Origin: Ramazzottius varieornatus
Lineage: Eukaryota; Animalia; Tardigrada
Reading direction: 5' to 3'
NCBI GenBank assembly: GCA_001949185.1
Contig: BDGG01000026.1
Location: forward strand, 31,761 to 95,760
Length of the DNA stretch: 64,000 bases
Below the pieces are notes generated by a model, which was not told the DNA's origin, did not search any database, and saw nothing but the letters and a program-made list of their open reading frames with translations. Within the stretch, counting starts at the first letter, position 1. Each line of letters starts with the position of its first letter. Of the stretch, positions 1 to 14,809 are shown piece after piece. Position numbers and translations under genes: made by a program.

Positions 1-1289
1 TTGCCCAAACAGGATAGCAGGAGCGAGGCAAGAGTCCCGTGCAAATACGTCCACAATCTGCCGAACTATAATCTGGTATGAACGACGGGAATATAAGACC
101 ACGAGGAAACAAGAGATGGAGAACGAAATACGACAGACTGTTCATCTAAATGAAATCCGCCACGTTAGAACGTTACAGGGCCGTGCCGAGAATCGAGATA
201 TTCAAGGCCGCGCCGGGAGTGCATTGCCCTGTTTCAACAAGCGCAAGACGTACGTACGTTGTACAACTACGGACGAGGATAATGTTAAGCCCGCTGGTGG
301 ATTCTCGTTCGCTCCGTAGAGGCTGTTAGATTCTCAATTCGGCAAATTAATCCTGCTGCTACCTTGGAGACAGCAAACAATTCAAGACAACTGAACAATG
401 CAACTAGTGACGTCATCCGCTCGCAGCCACACAGTGGTTACCAGAAACGAATAGTCTCTGTTTCTTTTGAGTTGCCAGTAGCCACGATACTTTCCTACAG
501 TGATCGGGGACGAAATCTCAAAACTAATCAAAGGAGACAGCGACGACGATTTGATTGATGTTTACGTGTAATATCAGTGTCGCACTGCTGAACTTTGAAG
601 TCTTTGCTGATTGAGTTTCAGTTTCACGTTTACAGGTTCTCCAAATTGTCGCACCTTGCAGGCTTCCGTTTGAAGAAAGACTTACCTGTGTGATGCGCGA
701 CCGAGCAGAAGGAAACGCTCTTGAAGCAGCATGTGAAGCCTAGTGATCGCCACGTTCAACAGCAAGTCTTACCTCGGCGCCAATTCATCATCAGATCGCC
801 TCATTTAAAATCGCCATCTCGCCTGTCCACGTCTGCATATACAATCTTCACTGTACCCTTCTGTAAAGAGCTTCCTCGCGTTACTTGCAAGAAAGGAAGG
901 ATCGCTTTCGGTCCCAAATGTTGTCTGGAAACTGGTGCAGTTTTGTCCACTCCGAGGCGTCTAATCAACAATCAACAATCAACATACTGGTTGTTTTTCG
1001 GGTGATTTCTTTCATATTTCGTTAATCCTCATAATCCTCCCACCCACTCCTGCCTTCGCTCTCTCCATCCGCCACACCTTGGCGTGGTTGCTTTGACTTC
1101 TTCCCAGTGAAAACGGAGGTAGGAATAAACTTGTTTGCATCCGAAACTCAAACTCAATCTCAATTGCTCGGTTGAGTTTTCTGTGATTTCACCGTAATTA
1201 TTTATGCTAAAATTTTGAAATGTTGAGTTTTTGCAGGCTTTCTCCTTCTGTACGTTCGCCGAACTTCCTGCTTCGCGCTGTGGTGAAAG

Positions 1290-2955
<1,666 letters not shown>

Positions 2956-3287
2956 AATCCAAACATAGTCACTTTATTCACTTCTTCCGGATATAAAAAA
3001 GTTCATTTCGGACTTCTGGTTTCTGTGTGAAGTTTCTTTCTTGGGTTGTTTGTCAGGCTAGAGCCGCTTTGATCTTCTCCCTTTTTCCATGTTTTTTTTC
3101 CACACTGATTGTATTGCTCGAGCTCGATGTCTGTCTTTTCCGCGTCTGCGGCGTCTTCTTGCTTCGATGGCGTAATGCACAGAACGGTTCTTCGGCAGTA
3201 GAATACCTCTTACACAAGTTTCTTTGCTATTTACGGATATGACTCAGAATAAAACAGTCGGAACGATGAAAGTTTCCGTGCAACTCA

Positions 3288-3471
3288 AACTGGGCAAAAA
3301 CATTCTTCCGAAGTGGCGCAGGCTTACAGTTCGTAACACTATAAGTGTGCGCCACTTGAGAGAACAGAGCCTACAAGATCGTTGTTCCAAGCAGCGCTCG
3401 TTGTCACCCAGCCACACCGCGAACGTGCGCCACTTGGTGGAGAGATCTTGTCGAGTTTGTCTGCCGAGCTC
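3288..3471. repeat. Modular palindromic element, 2 units, between the convergent GOLPH3 and Hyccin 3' ends
   Basis: aagtggcgca...gtgcgccacttg twice; right end gatcttgtcgagtttgtctgccgagct. Confidence 0.85.
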
Positions 3472-3901
3472 CTCGAGCCTCCGTGTCTTACACCGTCTTG
3501 GGAAAGTCTCCGGTAATTACAGCTTTGGGTTGCAACATGAATATTCGTGAAGACCTGCCTTAAGGAGAATACGGTAGATGTGCCCCTCTAACGGAAGCCG
3601 TCAAACCGGCTTCTCCATTTCTCGTCAGACTAATATAGCCACGACTGAATAGAGTTTCGGTTGGTTGATCGAGAAAAGCACCACCGTCGAGTTTGAGCAC
3701 TGTAACTTCCCTTTCACTCTTTACAGTTTCGCGAAGCCGCCGTTCAAGACAGCTATTTGCACCGGTATAGTTCCACAGTATGAAATGGAGTTCTTCTAAA
3801 AGCAGGCGCCAGAAAAGGAATATGGTAAGGGAAGCAGAGTTTTCTAGCTGGGTGAAAAAACAGTAAAAAATCCACCGAATCTAACAAAGAGGAGGAGCTT
3901 T

Positions 3902-5673
3902 TTAGGAAGTCGGGTCGAGAATTCCGTGGCCCACATCGATCTTGACATTCTCCTCGTACAGCTCCTCGTCTTCCTCATAGTTGGCCTTTCCGCCGCTCTT
4001 CCTGGCGACCTCCACTCCCGCTTCCTCGTCCCGTTCACCTTCGCTCTCCCTGTACGATCGTTCCTCTCCGGGTTTGAGGATGACCGGTATGTCCACCACC
4101 TTCTTCCACCGAAGAGACGACGTGGTCTGCAGGAGAGCACGGTGTTCCAGACCGCCAAAGCACTTGATGGGCGGCACCATCGGCTTGTTAATGTCGTCCT
4201 CGGCACCACCACGCGCTTCGCCTCGCGCCACGATGGCGTTGGCCAGTAGAATGATCGAAGGCTGCAACAAGTGCTCGCCTTGCTTGGCTATCTCTTTGGT
4301 TATGTCAACAGCTTCAGCTCGGAGAATGACTTGGTAAATCAATACAGAAAGTAAATCGAGATAACCTAAGAGAAACTCTGGCGGGAGAATATTCTTTAGT
4401 TTTTTGGTCGAGTTGGAGAACGTTTTCTGGATCACGAAATCTTTTTCTTGATACGAAGGTCCAGCTCGGAGTTTCACATACTTGCTCAGGCTGCGGAGTA
4501 TTTCAAAACGCCGATCGTTCGGAAGAGTTTGCGGATTTTCCTCGTTAACCTGTGAAAATTAATAAAATAGACAAAACGCGCCAGCAAGTGAGAGTCGAAC
4601 CGACGACCACCTGACAACAAGGCATAATTTACGCCTCATCGCTAGCCATATTCAAATTATTACTGATAGCGGTCCGTAACGGTAAAGAATTCGTGATATG
4701 ATTTCACCGTTTCGTCTGAAGCTTTTTCGGATGGATTCGTTCCATACACCATCTGGCCGAACTTGAGAACATTCTGTTGACAGGCGTGAGTGTACTTGAC
4801 GAGATGAAGTCCCAGATGTCGCATGAGAGCGCGGAAGACGGTCCATCTGCCCGTGCGAGTCAGCTTGTCGACGAGCCCGACGAACTTCCGGTCCGACAGA
4901 CGTAAAACCACATCCTTGTGCTGCGGTTGCTGGACGTGCTCCTTGTTGACATCAAGGTAGCTCTTCTGAAGAAGAAGCGTGCTGAACTCGGAAGAATCGT
5001 GGTAGACGCTGGGAACTGTCAGGTCCGGAATAACGTATGTCACCGTCTGCGAAAATGACAGAAAAAGAAATGAATAAACTCTCATGGTGTCAAGTGAGCA
5101 AAACGGCGCTCTTATCAATCAAAACAAAAGTTGTTGCCCTTTTCAACTTGCGCATGACGTACGGGCCTCTTACTTCCGGGTGATCAGCTGTGTTTGAATG
5201 CCGTTATAGTTCGACATGTACGAGATAACATATTTGTTTTAGAATTATGATCGCACCTTGGAATGGCCTTTCTCGTCCAAGACAAGGACATTGTAGCATG
5301 CGATTATCAGGTCTTCCGGACTCAGTCCTTCTGCTTCTGCCCTTTCAGCTGCCCCGTGAGGTGCGTAGCAGCCGTTAAAGTGTCGCCAGATCAAAGGCAT
5401 GATCAGCTGCGCGACGAAGCTCATCAAGTCTGCATTGTTCGAGCGGAGACAACGGTATAGTTGTGCATAGAGACGCTCGAGTAGCCCGTACTCCTTGTCG
5501 CCGTTGCTCTGAATGTTGAGGAAGGCGAAAAGGTACTCGCTGATGGCTCCGATCACAGCTTCATCCGCCATAAGAGACTTGCCCAGTGTCGCCAGCTCGG
5601 AATCAGAGTGGATCTTGCGCTTCTCCATCCCACTGACAAACTCGCTGACTTGTCGCGTGGCACTGCCTTCCAT
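3902..5673 (-). CDS. FAM126: Hyccin/FAM126 family protein (PI4KIIIalpha complex subunit); 3 coding exons ~5673-5257, 5046-~4690, 4549-3902
   Basis: Motifs QLYRCLRS...FVAQLIMPLIW, LIIACYN, IPDLTVPSVYHD, PEFL and PSIILLANAI resemble FAM126. The exon 2 donor is uncertain. Confidence 0.75.
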
Positions 5674-5836
5674 GATGAAAACCTGCAATTCAAACAACAC
5701 TTCGAGGAACACCACAGAAGCGATCCAGTACGATGCACACCGCGCAGAGAAGTTCCAGGTAAATTGTGGTAAAAAACTGATAACAAGAAAATGTTAGTTT
5801 CCACTTTCCAGTTTCCTCGCGGGTAGTGCTGGCTAA

Positions 5837-6187
5837 TGCCCCATTCGTGCTTACGCGTCGGCGACAGAAGACAGCAGTGAAAACGGTGAAAAACGGAAAA
5901 GGAATCTCGAAAGAGCAAAGGCAGTCGGCCAATTCGGACAGGTTGTGGTCTGTGACATGACACCACACCATATGACATGACCTGACCTGACAATCCGTTT
6001 CTGCCGCAGCGGCATCGGAGCATGAACGACAGGCAGTTTTACGGAAAGGTGCAGAGTCAACACTTGGCGAAAAAGTTGTGACATCATGCCTGCGTCAGAA
6101 ATTTGCGAACCGTTGGCAGCCGTTTTACATGATTGCAAACTTCTCGCCTTTGACTTATGTCGCCGACGCGTAAGCACGAATGGGGCA
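5837..6187. mobile_element. PIF/Harbinger-type (Tourist-like) MITE
   Basis: Perfect 30-bp TIR TGCCCCATTCGTGCTTACGCGTCGGCGACA, flanked by TAA on both sides. Confidence 0.8.
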
Positions 6188-6218
6188 TAATGATGAGCAA
6201 TAAACGCAGATGATCCGT

Positions 6219-6840
6219 GACTGCTGGCAACGATACTGTATACCGATATCCTATCGAAATATATCGAATCTTTGCGATAAGATATGCGGCAGATATCGTA
6301 TCGAGAATATTGATATGAAGCTCATATCGAACAACACAACAAGATAGTCGGCGATATCGTATCGCGCCATATCGATATATGATGGATATATCGGTATTTT
6401 GCTGAATGGCAAACTCTCCAGTGATGTCTCGTTTACGGAAGACCATGGTTGATTTCAAAGACCTGATTTTGGCCATGGTGTACCGAGCACACTCCGCCCA
6501 TTCGGTTCTGGTACTAATTCTGTTCAGGTTTCCATGTTTTTGAAGTCTTGGTATAGTCATATCTTTGCTGCATCCGACGGTTTCGATCTTACTATTACTT
6601 TATGTGGAAATCGGCTTCATGAGTTTTTGGGATTGAACCAGAGGGATTGCGAAAAAATAAAATTCCAGAAATATCGATATATCGCTGCGATATGATACGA
6701 TATATCGAAAATACGGTGTCGGAAAAATATCGTATCGAAATATCGATATCGAATGAATATTAAAGTCCGCAATAAAATATCTGCCGATATTGTATCGAAA
6801 ATAGATCGTATCGAATTTTATCGTTATTTTGCCAGCGCTA
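6219..6840. mobile_element. Non-autonomous DNA transposon (hAT-like) with ATATCG/CGATAT subterminal repeats
   Basis: Ends tgctggcaa / ttgccagcgcta; dense (A)TATCG motif clusters at 6240-6395 and 6670-6825; no clear TSD. Confidence 0.6.
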
Positions 6841-8793
6841 CTCACGGGCATACAAGTGCTGCTAAAAGGGGCCTCCGCTTCTCCAGGGCTTGCCGAAATT
6901 GCAAGCCACCGAAAACGGTATGCCCTAACTTCCCTTAGTCATGATCAAACAGTTGGTAACGTGTGCGTGGTGTAGACTTCCACACTGAGACACCCGGTTC
7001 AGCTATGTCGAGCACGCTTTTTGCAGCTCAGCGGTTACTGGAAAGTTCGAAAATAGATGCCGTATTGTCAAAACAGATCAGCTTATAGTTTCTGTGTATC
7101 CCTTGATTAAATAAAGAGCTGATTTTCAGTTTTCTTAGGGGAGTACATCACATTACGTACGAGGTAAACGGCATAATTCGGGCATGACAATTTCCGACCC
7201 ATAATTCGGGCAACTGTTTTCTCCGTAACGGCTGGACGGATCAGCGTTATTTGTAGTTTGCCGAGTGGAAAAACTCGTTTACGGTAGCCTTAAACAGTTT
7301 TGAGGATGATCTGGTGGACGGAATCCGAAAAGCAGGACTCCCGCCAGAGGAGGGTATCGCTAATGTTAAAAAGCCTACGAAATTAGATTGAGAAGGGCCA
7401 CAAGAGGCGCTTGACTCGATTTATTTAACAATCTTTGACGTCATAAAGCTCGTTTGAAGTAAAAACGGACTTTCACATGACAAGACGCTGCTCGATGACG
7501 CATTTCTGCCTGCCGACGAATTTCTGATGCGATACCGCACGGCCATTTCTCACAACAGAACTTTCTCTTGAGGATTCTTCACAGTGCTGTAGTATTTCTC
7601 TTCAGAATGTCGCGCCTTCCCAAGCTCATGATTGCGTCTCAGGTGCACAGAGAACTGGCGATGGAGGCAACTCCTCATGAAGTGAAGAACGGACAGAGTG
7701 AACAGTCCTGCAAAGTTGTACGAAGTAAGTCGCACAACACTGACGAATGGGGACAACCAGCCCAATCCTACTCTCGTCGGTGCTCCAACCAAGCTTCCAT
7801 CCTGGGAAGAGGCAGTGACCAGGGAATCCCTTTGAATCGTTACCATTTGCTGCAACTATTCTGTCAGGTGGCTGCCGGTCTGGGTAAGTTTGAAGACACG
7901 GTAAAGAGTTACGAAGTTCAAATCAAGAGTTTGGTTTTACCACAGGTTTGAAGAATCATGGCTTCGACAACAAGTACGTTCGTCGCTTTCTGACTCGTCA
8001 ATGTGATCTTTCGCTACAGATTACAACTCTTCCAACCGGGAAAAAGACAGGGAATGGACCACCGTACGCTGTGAAGAGTATATATCCAAGCTGGATTAAT
8101 TACAAGAGGATTCCTCGACCGACCAGAGCAAGTGTAGAACCTCGCCGAGACGCTTTCAACACCTCCGAGATGTACGATCGTGTCATAGCCAGGAAAGGTG
8201 CCAAGCATATTCCCTCTCAGTTCGATGGGAACGAGAAGGAAAATGTCACCATTCTGCCTTGCGCAAAATGCTGCTGGAGTCCAGCTGAGGTTTATGGCAT
8301 TGTATGCAGAGGAAGTCCATGTTCAGTCTCGTTTGGATGATACGTTTGGTCTCTGCTATCATGCTGTGAATGTTTCCGGATACATGGATTAGCTCCACTT
8401 CGCCAACTACATCAAGCAGGAAGTTTTCCCAGCCACAACAGACCTCGAGGTAGCGCATAACGTCACTTCTGACATTTCGGTCAATTACAGTACTACTGAC
8501 ACCTTAGTAAAATAATAAGGGGGTTCAACGGTTGATTACACCGCTGGTGGAATTTCATCCGGTGGAAATGACTCCACCCCTGCCCCTCGCAGTTGGTCTA
8601 TCCATTCCACCGAAAATTACATTCCACCGAAGACTCGGTGTCGACTCACTCCCGAGTAACTCGTAATCCCACCGGCTGACGAAACTTTCGGTTTCTACTT
8701 GCAGAGTGCGGAAGTTTCTTTACAGATATCGTTTTCGTTCTCCATCTTTCTGCACTTCTTGCTCTGTGCTTTTTTATCAGTACTGTGGTTACC

Positions 8794-9925
8794 ATGTCCC
8801 TGTCGCAACCGGCTCGTTCCTCTAAACCAACAAGTCAGGAGGCTGAAGTCGTGATAACCGTACCGGTAACTGGAGCAGCAGCCATGCGCCCTTCAAAGTC
8901 TCGTGGACCGCAGTTTCGATGGGCTCATACGACCGCTCAGGACTACCTTCTGCAGTGGATAGAGGAGCCCGGTAACTTGGCTAAGTGGCGTGGTGCCGGG
9001 ACCAAGTCGGCAAACGGACAGAGGAGGACGTCCAAAGACACGAAGATCGCTGTTCTTCAAGCTATCGTTGATTACTTGAAAATAAACGGGACCGGAAACG
9101 TGTCGCCAGATTCCGTCAAGTATCAACTCACTGCCCTGGAAAGCTCTTATAGAGACGCTCGATTCTTGTTTGGAACCACAGGGGAAGGTGTGACGGAGGA
9201 TGACATCCAGCAGAAGATCGTCACGCTCAAAGGTAAAATTGAAACCAAGACAATCAACTGCTCTGACCAGGCTTTTCAGTGGCAAAAGCCTGGTCAGGTT
9301 AATCAAATAATCAACTGAAGTCAGAAGACATCGTGATCCAGCTGATTGACAGATTGGTGTTATGCAACACCAATCTGTGAAAAGTGGAATTCCTTCATGC
9401 GAACAAAAAATTGTCATTCAAAAAGTCCTGTTTCATCACTTGTGTTTATCTCAACTGGTCTATTTCTTTTACTCCACAGATAAAGTCGAGCAAGCGTGTC
9501 CCTTGTGGAGCCGTCTGCATCCTGTTCTCCGTGACAGTCCAAAGATGGTTACTCCCTATGCAGCGGACAACACTGACGCTACAAACGATGTAGAACTGTT
9601 CCTGTTGGCCAGAGAGATGGACGCAGAAGACGAAGTGGCTGATTTGAACAGTCCGCCTGCTACCGAAAATGTCAACGATGAACTGCCTAGTACGGAACCA
9701 GCTACTTCAATCCACCAAGTGTCGGTAGCCGAACTTCACGATATGCCAGTACGGAAGAAATTCGTTCCATTTGTTCTGGATTCCCCTACAACTTCAGAAG
9801 ACGATTTTAGATCCGGCATGGACTCCAAGCGTAAAAAGACCAAGTCGAAAGTACCACTCACGTTGAGCGGAAGTAAGAAGTCATTCCCAACACGAAGGAG
9901 GTTTTCTGACCTCCTTCAGCTATAA
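8794..9925 (+). CDS. Harbinger accessory Myb/SANT-like protein; intron ~9233-9479; 3' part probably truncated
   Basis: W..TAQDYLLQWI...KWRG...VKYQLTALESSYRDA..TGEG, spliced to DKVEQACPLWSRLHPVLRD. Lies inside the Harbinger TIRs, opposite the transposase. Confidence 0.7.
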
Positions 9926-11120
9926 AGTTCTCTTTCGTGGCTCGATGGTGATTTGTTCACCAGATGCAGTTCGTCTTGCGAGCTATCGCCCCACTCTGGA
10001 TTATAGTAATCGCTGGTCAGGTTATGCAAAACACAGCATGCACGGATCCAGTAGACTATCTTGCGATGATCTCCAGCCGTGTTCAAAACACCTCTGAGTG
10101 CTTTCAAACTCTGGAATCTTCCTTTCACATGCCATTACAGTGTTCCACCCTGATACGGATCTGTGACAGCCGGAAGTTGAACTTCTCGTTTTCTTTCAGT
10201 AGAGCCGCTGGTTTTTTATAGGACGAGATAACAGTTGATGTGTTGGTGTAGGCGCTATCAGTAAGTATGTACTCTCCTCCTCTGAAAAACTGGGTGGAGA
10301 ATCGAGCAAGTTTGGTGCTGGCGAACACTCGATTGTCGTGAGCCGAGCCAAAAAATCCAGCAAACAGGTATCGGGTTCGTCGTTGGTCGTCGCAGAGTGT
10401 GAGAGTATTGATACCGTACTTTGACTTGTGGCTGAAGTAATCTGATCCTTCCAAATTTGGCTTATTTGCGAAAGGGACTAGTGTCCCATCCACGAAACCT
10501 AAGCGATTGGGAAAACCTGACAACTCGAAGATCCGCTTCTTGATGGTTTTCTTTTCGCTTGCATCAGGCCAGAATACGACCTCTTTTTCCAGGCTTAAAA
10601 TAGACACAATCACCCGATTAGTATAAAGAACCACAGCTCCTTCTGACACTCCAAAGTGACGTCCCACTTTCCCCACAGATACTCCGTTACCCGAACAACC
10701 AGACCTGTAAAGTGCCATCATTAACTGCAGTTGAACAGGGCGCTGAGGATTCTGGATGGTACTCCTGAAACCTCGATGTCCAGCCAAGCGATCCGCCAGA
10801 TCGACAAAAGACTCCGTATACATGCGGACATCTTCTTTGAATCGAACATCGTTCAACCTAGAGAGAATGGTGTCTACAAAATGGGAACTCTTGGGAACAA
10901 GCGATCTCTTGCGTAGGTAGCGACATCTTCGTAAAAACCGACGTCGGGTCTTCAAAATATCCAAATCGCATTCGTCCGAACTAGTGTCGCTCCAATCTGA
11001 AGAGGATTCTGTGTCTTCGGATGACGATCCCGATGAACAATCCTCTCGTCTCAGACGAAGTAGTTCAATCCTCCGATCTATCTTTTGCAAGAGAACGACT
11101 CGTTCGTTGGCTTGAGGCAT
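9916..11120 (-). pseudogene. Harbinger (HARBI1-like) DDE transposase with a 1-bp frameshift near 10128
   Basis: GFVDGT, GSAHDNRVF, LTDSAY, FNFRLSQIRIRVEHCNGM / KGRFQSL, WIRACCVLHN. Catalytic residues are present. Confidence 0.9.
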
Positions 11121-11600
11121 GGTCGATACGATGAGAAATGGAATACTACAAGTAGTGAGGGCTAAATCGGCAGTAAAAATCGAGCTTTTCGAAAATTTAC
11201 ACCGGTCTCATGTTTGGATCTAAGAGAGGGCGTTCAACGGCAGATGATTTCGTTGAACTAAAACAGTTTTTAACTGGCTGAAAAAGATCGCGGGGGCGGT
11301 GCCACAAACAAGACCGTTGTTATGTCACCGGCGGTGTAATCAACGGTTGAACCCCATTAATCTGACATCACGATTTTGACTCTACATATTTCTGAGGATT
11401 CCTCTGATACTTGGTTCTTATCCTGTGTTTCAGAGAGTCGTCTTCGTTGATGGACACTTTAGCCACGTCAACAACTTGCTGTTGGTCCGGTACTGCACAG
11501 AACTTTTTGAGGAGACCGGAAAGCAAGTGGAAATTTTCTGCCTTCCAAGTGGACAGACTAACCATTCACAGCTATTCGACGTGTCTGTCTTCAGGGGGAA

Positions 11601-14600
11601 CTCTCCACGTTCCTGTCGAGGGCCACATAAGTCTAATAGGTACGTTTTGTACCCCATGGTGCTGTGGTCAGTTGGCTGCCATGTGCAGTGTTTTAGGTGG
11701 ATTCGTCTCAACCGGATGTCGTGTTCTGAATAGCCGATCAACAATCAGCCGAGAGAACTCACGCTGAACGGCAGAACGAAAGGCAATTTTTCGTCTTCCT
11801 CCATCAGCTTCCTCCTCTTGCTCAAGCCGTCTACTCTAATTTGGGCCATATTGGAACAACTCCGGGGGACAAAGGACGCTTGCCCCCGGATGTCTGTAGG
11901 TTGTATCCACCTCGTAAAAGTGGAGATAAACTCGGTATAGAGCGTTCTTGTTGGCCTGAGTTCTCTTTCAGGATGTCGCGCTGATCCTGACCAGAAAGAT
12001 GACCACACCAGACCCCAAGATACCATGCCCAGAATGTGGAGAGCTGTACACATCTCGAGGACAGCCTGTGTAACCAACCAGGAAAGAAACAGAAGGAATA
12101 ATTCAGCTCCCTCGAGCCAGTCAGTCGATCCTGCTGATCAGCTGATCGCGACGAAACCGATCCATGAAGTCCTCCAGCACCTGAAAGTCTCAACAAAAGT
12201 CATCCGCAGAATACCAAAAGGCACTCATATGCTGGCAGCAACGAGTTTAACGGAAAGAATAGAAGATGTACTTCAGAAGAGGTCGGAATCATCCTGGCGT
12301 CATTTGATGCTGTTCAGCTTTGCAGGCTTGAAGCAGCCGGACAAAGACAAGAGCAAGAAAGGAAACCGTACCACTGCCGTCAAGAGTAACCTCTCAAGAC
12401 AGCTTGTTAACCTTGAGTTGAATGGGAAGCAGACTGTGAAGAAACAACCAAAAGATCAGTTGTCGCTGCCCGAAGAAGTGACGGTGGAGGAAATGAGCTG
12501 TAAAAAGTTTCCTCAACGGATCTGCTGGTGGCGTTGATGGTCTGAGACCGCAGCATCTCAAAGACACGCTGTCAGGTGCAGCGAACGGGGCAACGGTGGC
12601 GCTAGCAGAAGCATTAGCTAAGCTGACTACGCTGATGCTTTTAGGCAGAATTCCTGACGCTATTTGCGGTGTGCTCTACGGGGCATCGCTTACAGCCCTC
12701 AAGAAGAAAGATGGAGGCCTGCGACCAGTCGCTGTAGGAAACACGCTACGTCGCTTGGCAGGCAAGATCGTTGTCAAGAGAGTGGGTCGTGTGTTGGAGG
12801 AACAGGTCCGTCCTGAGCAAGTTGGTTGCGGTACCAGAGGTGGAGCAGAAGCAGCAGTCCATGCGGTTCGCTGCTTCCTTGAGGAGGGAAGAGACGAAAG
12901 TCAAGTGCTGCTCAAGCTTGACTTCAAGAACGCCTTCAACACCATACACCGAGACGTTCTTCTCCGTGTTATTAGAGACTCCTCGCCTAAATACTTCCCG
13001 TTTGCCTGGCAGTCTTACCGATATCCCTCAAAGCTACTGTTTGGTCAACATACCCTCGAGTCAGCAAGGGGCGTGCAGCAAGGAGACCCACTGACTTATT
13101 GTTTTGCGTTCTCATCCAAAAGCTTACAAGACCCTCACTTCCCTCCTGAATGTGTGGTACCTTGATGACGGCACCATCGGCGGTAAGATCGAAACTGTTT
13201 TGTCAGATTTGCAGGTGGTGATCAGCGAGGGGCGGAAGCTCGAACTGGAACTGAACTCGGCTAAATGTGAGCTTTTCTCCTTCGGGATTTCTGCTCTGGA
13301 ACGCCAAGCCGTGCAGGAAAGAGCAGCCGTCGCCTGTCCGGGTATCCTTTTTCCTTCCAGGAGCGACCTCAACCTTCTAGGAGCACCGCTGGTGGAATAA
13401 ATTCCGGAAGAAGGACGTCGTCCGAGCTAAAAACAAGCAAGATCCGGTTGGTAAACGCAAACCTAAATCTCTTGTTTGCCCACCAGGCCCTTTCCCCGCT
13501 CAAGAAGTGCTTTTGCCTGTCCAATTTGCTGTACATCCTCCGATGCTCTCCAGTATGGAAGGTCTCTGCATTGCTTCGCGAGTTCGACGAAGTGGTTCGG
13601 TCGAGCCTGTCGGAGATTACCAACACTGAGATGAGTTCCGGTCCATGGCGACAAGCAACACTGCCTGTCGGTTCAGGTGGATTAGACATCCGTCGTACGG
13701 AGGAACTCGCGCTCCCTGCCTTCTTGGCTTTGCTTCATTCTGTACAATAACTGGTGCTGAGTGTCCTGCCTGAAGCCGATTTGCATGGTGAAGCAAACCT
13801 CGCTCTCTCCAAATGAAGCCTCCTCTCCACAGCTGAGCCTCCTGTTTCCGAGCTTCGCCGCCAACAGAAAGCTTGGGACGTGCCTTTGCTATAAGAAATA
13901 CACGAGCAGCTAGTAAGTACTGCTTCGGATAATGATAAAGCGCGACTTCTTGCAGTTTCAGATAAGAACTCAGGCTCCTGGCTTCATGCGCTGCCGTATT
14001 CTCGTTGGATAACCTGCTCGACAACAACGCCTTACGGATTAGTATTGGTTTGCGCCTTGGTGCCAAGCTATGCCGCCCTCACGTTTGTCGATGTGGCGCC
14101 AGCGTGGATGAGTTTGGCCAACACGGGTTGAGCTGTAAGTTCAGTGGGGGGCGTCACAGTCGTCACAAGGCGCTCAACGAGTCCCTGAAACGTGCGTTGA
14201 CAACAGCCCAAATTCGCGTTGACAACAGCATTTCTCGAACCACCCAGGGTCTTCAGAAAGGACAAAAAACGGCCAGATGGGATGACGCAAGTCCCTTCGA
14301 AGAATGGTAAGGAGCTTGTATGGGACGTCACAGTTGTGGATACACAGGCTTTGACAAACTTTGCAATGTCAACGGTGAAAGCTGGATCAACTGCTGACGC
14401 CGCCGAGAAGAGAAAGATCACGAAGTACGAGGACATCGGAAGCCAATTTGAGTTCTGCCCTGTCGGACTGGAGACCATTGGACCTTGGAGTCCTTCCGCG
14501 ACAGCGCTCTTCGCAGCTGTAGGAAGAAAGATGGCGGAAGTGACGGGCGAGCCGAGGTCATTTCAGTTTTTTAAGCAGCGAGTGTCCATAGATATTCAAC

Positions 14601-14809
14601 GTGGTGATTGTTATTCTGTTCGGACTACTGTTAAAGATACGAAGACAGTAGTCTTCGTATTACTGTTCGGACTACTGTTAAAGCCTTGATGAAGTGTTTT
14701 ATGTTTTGGATGTCAAAAAGGGAAAATCCGTGTAGCGTTTTTGTTAATATGGTATCGCTGCTTTCTCATTTTTTGAGTATAGATTATTGTCTTCAGATAA
14801 AGATCAAAA
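11601..14809 (+). mobile_element. CRE-clade-like non-LTR retrotransposon (RT plus restriction-like endonuclease), frameshifted
   Basis: KKDGGLRPVAVG, LKLDFKNAFN, GVQQGDPL, WYLDDG, C.CG...D..GQHGLSC...GRHSRH, KRPDG, WDVT. TSD tctgtcttcagggggaa (11584-11600) / tcggtcttcgggggaa (14810-14825). Confidence 0.9.

Larger units (their letters stand above)
8519..11356. mobile_element. PIF/Harbinger DNA transposon with two convergent genes
   Basis: ~29-bp TIRs ggggttcaacggttgattacaccgctggtg / caccggcggtgtaatcaacggttgaacccc; TAA/TTA flanks; encodes a Myb-like ORF and a DDE_Tnp_4 transposase. Confidence 0.92.

Noticed and set aside
6084-6851. ORFs rich in I/S/R/Y/D
   Set aside because: They are translation artefacts of the ATATCG repeats in a MITE.
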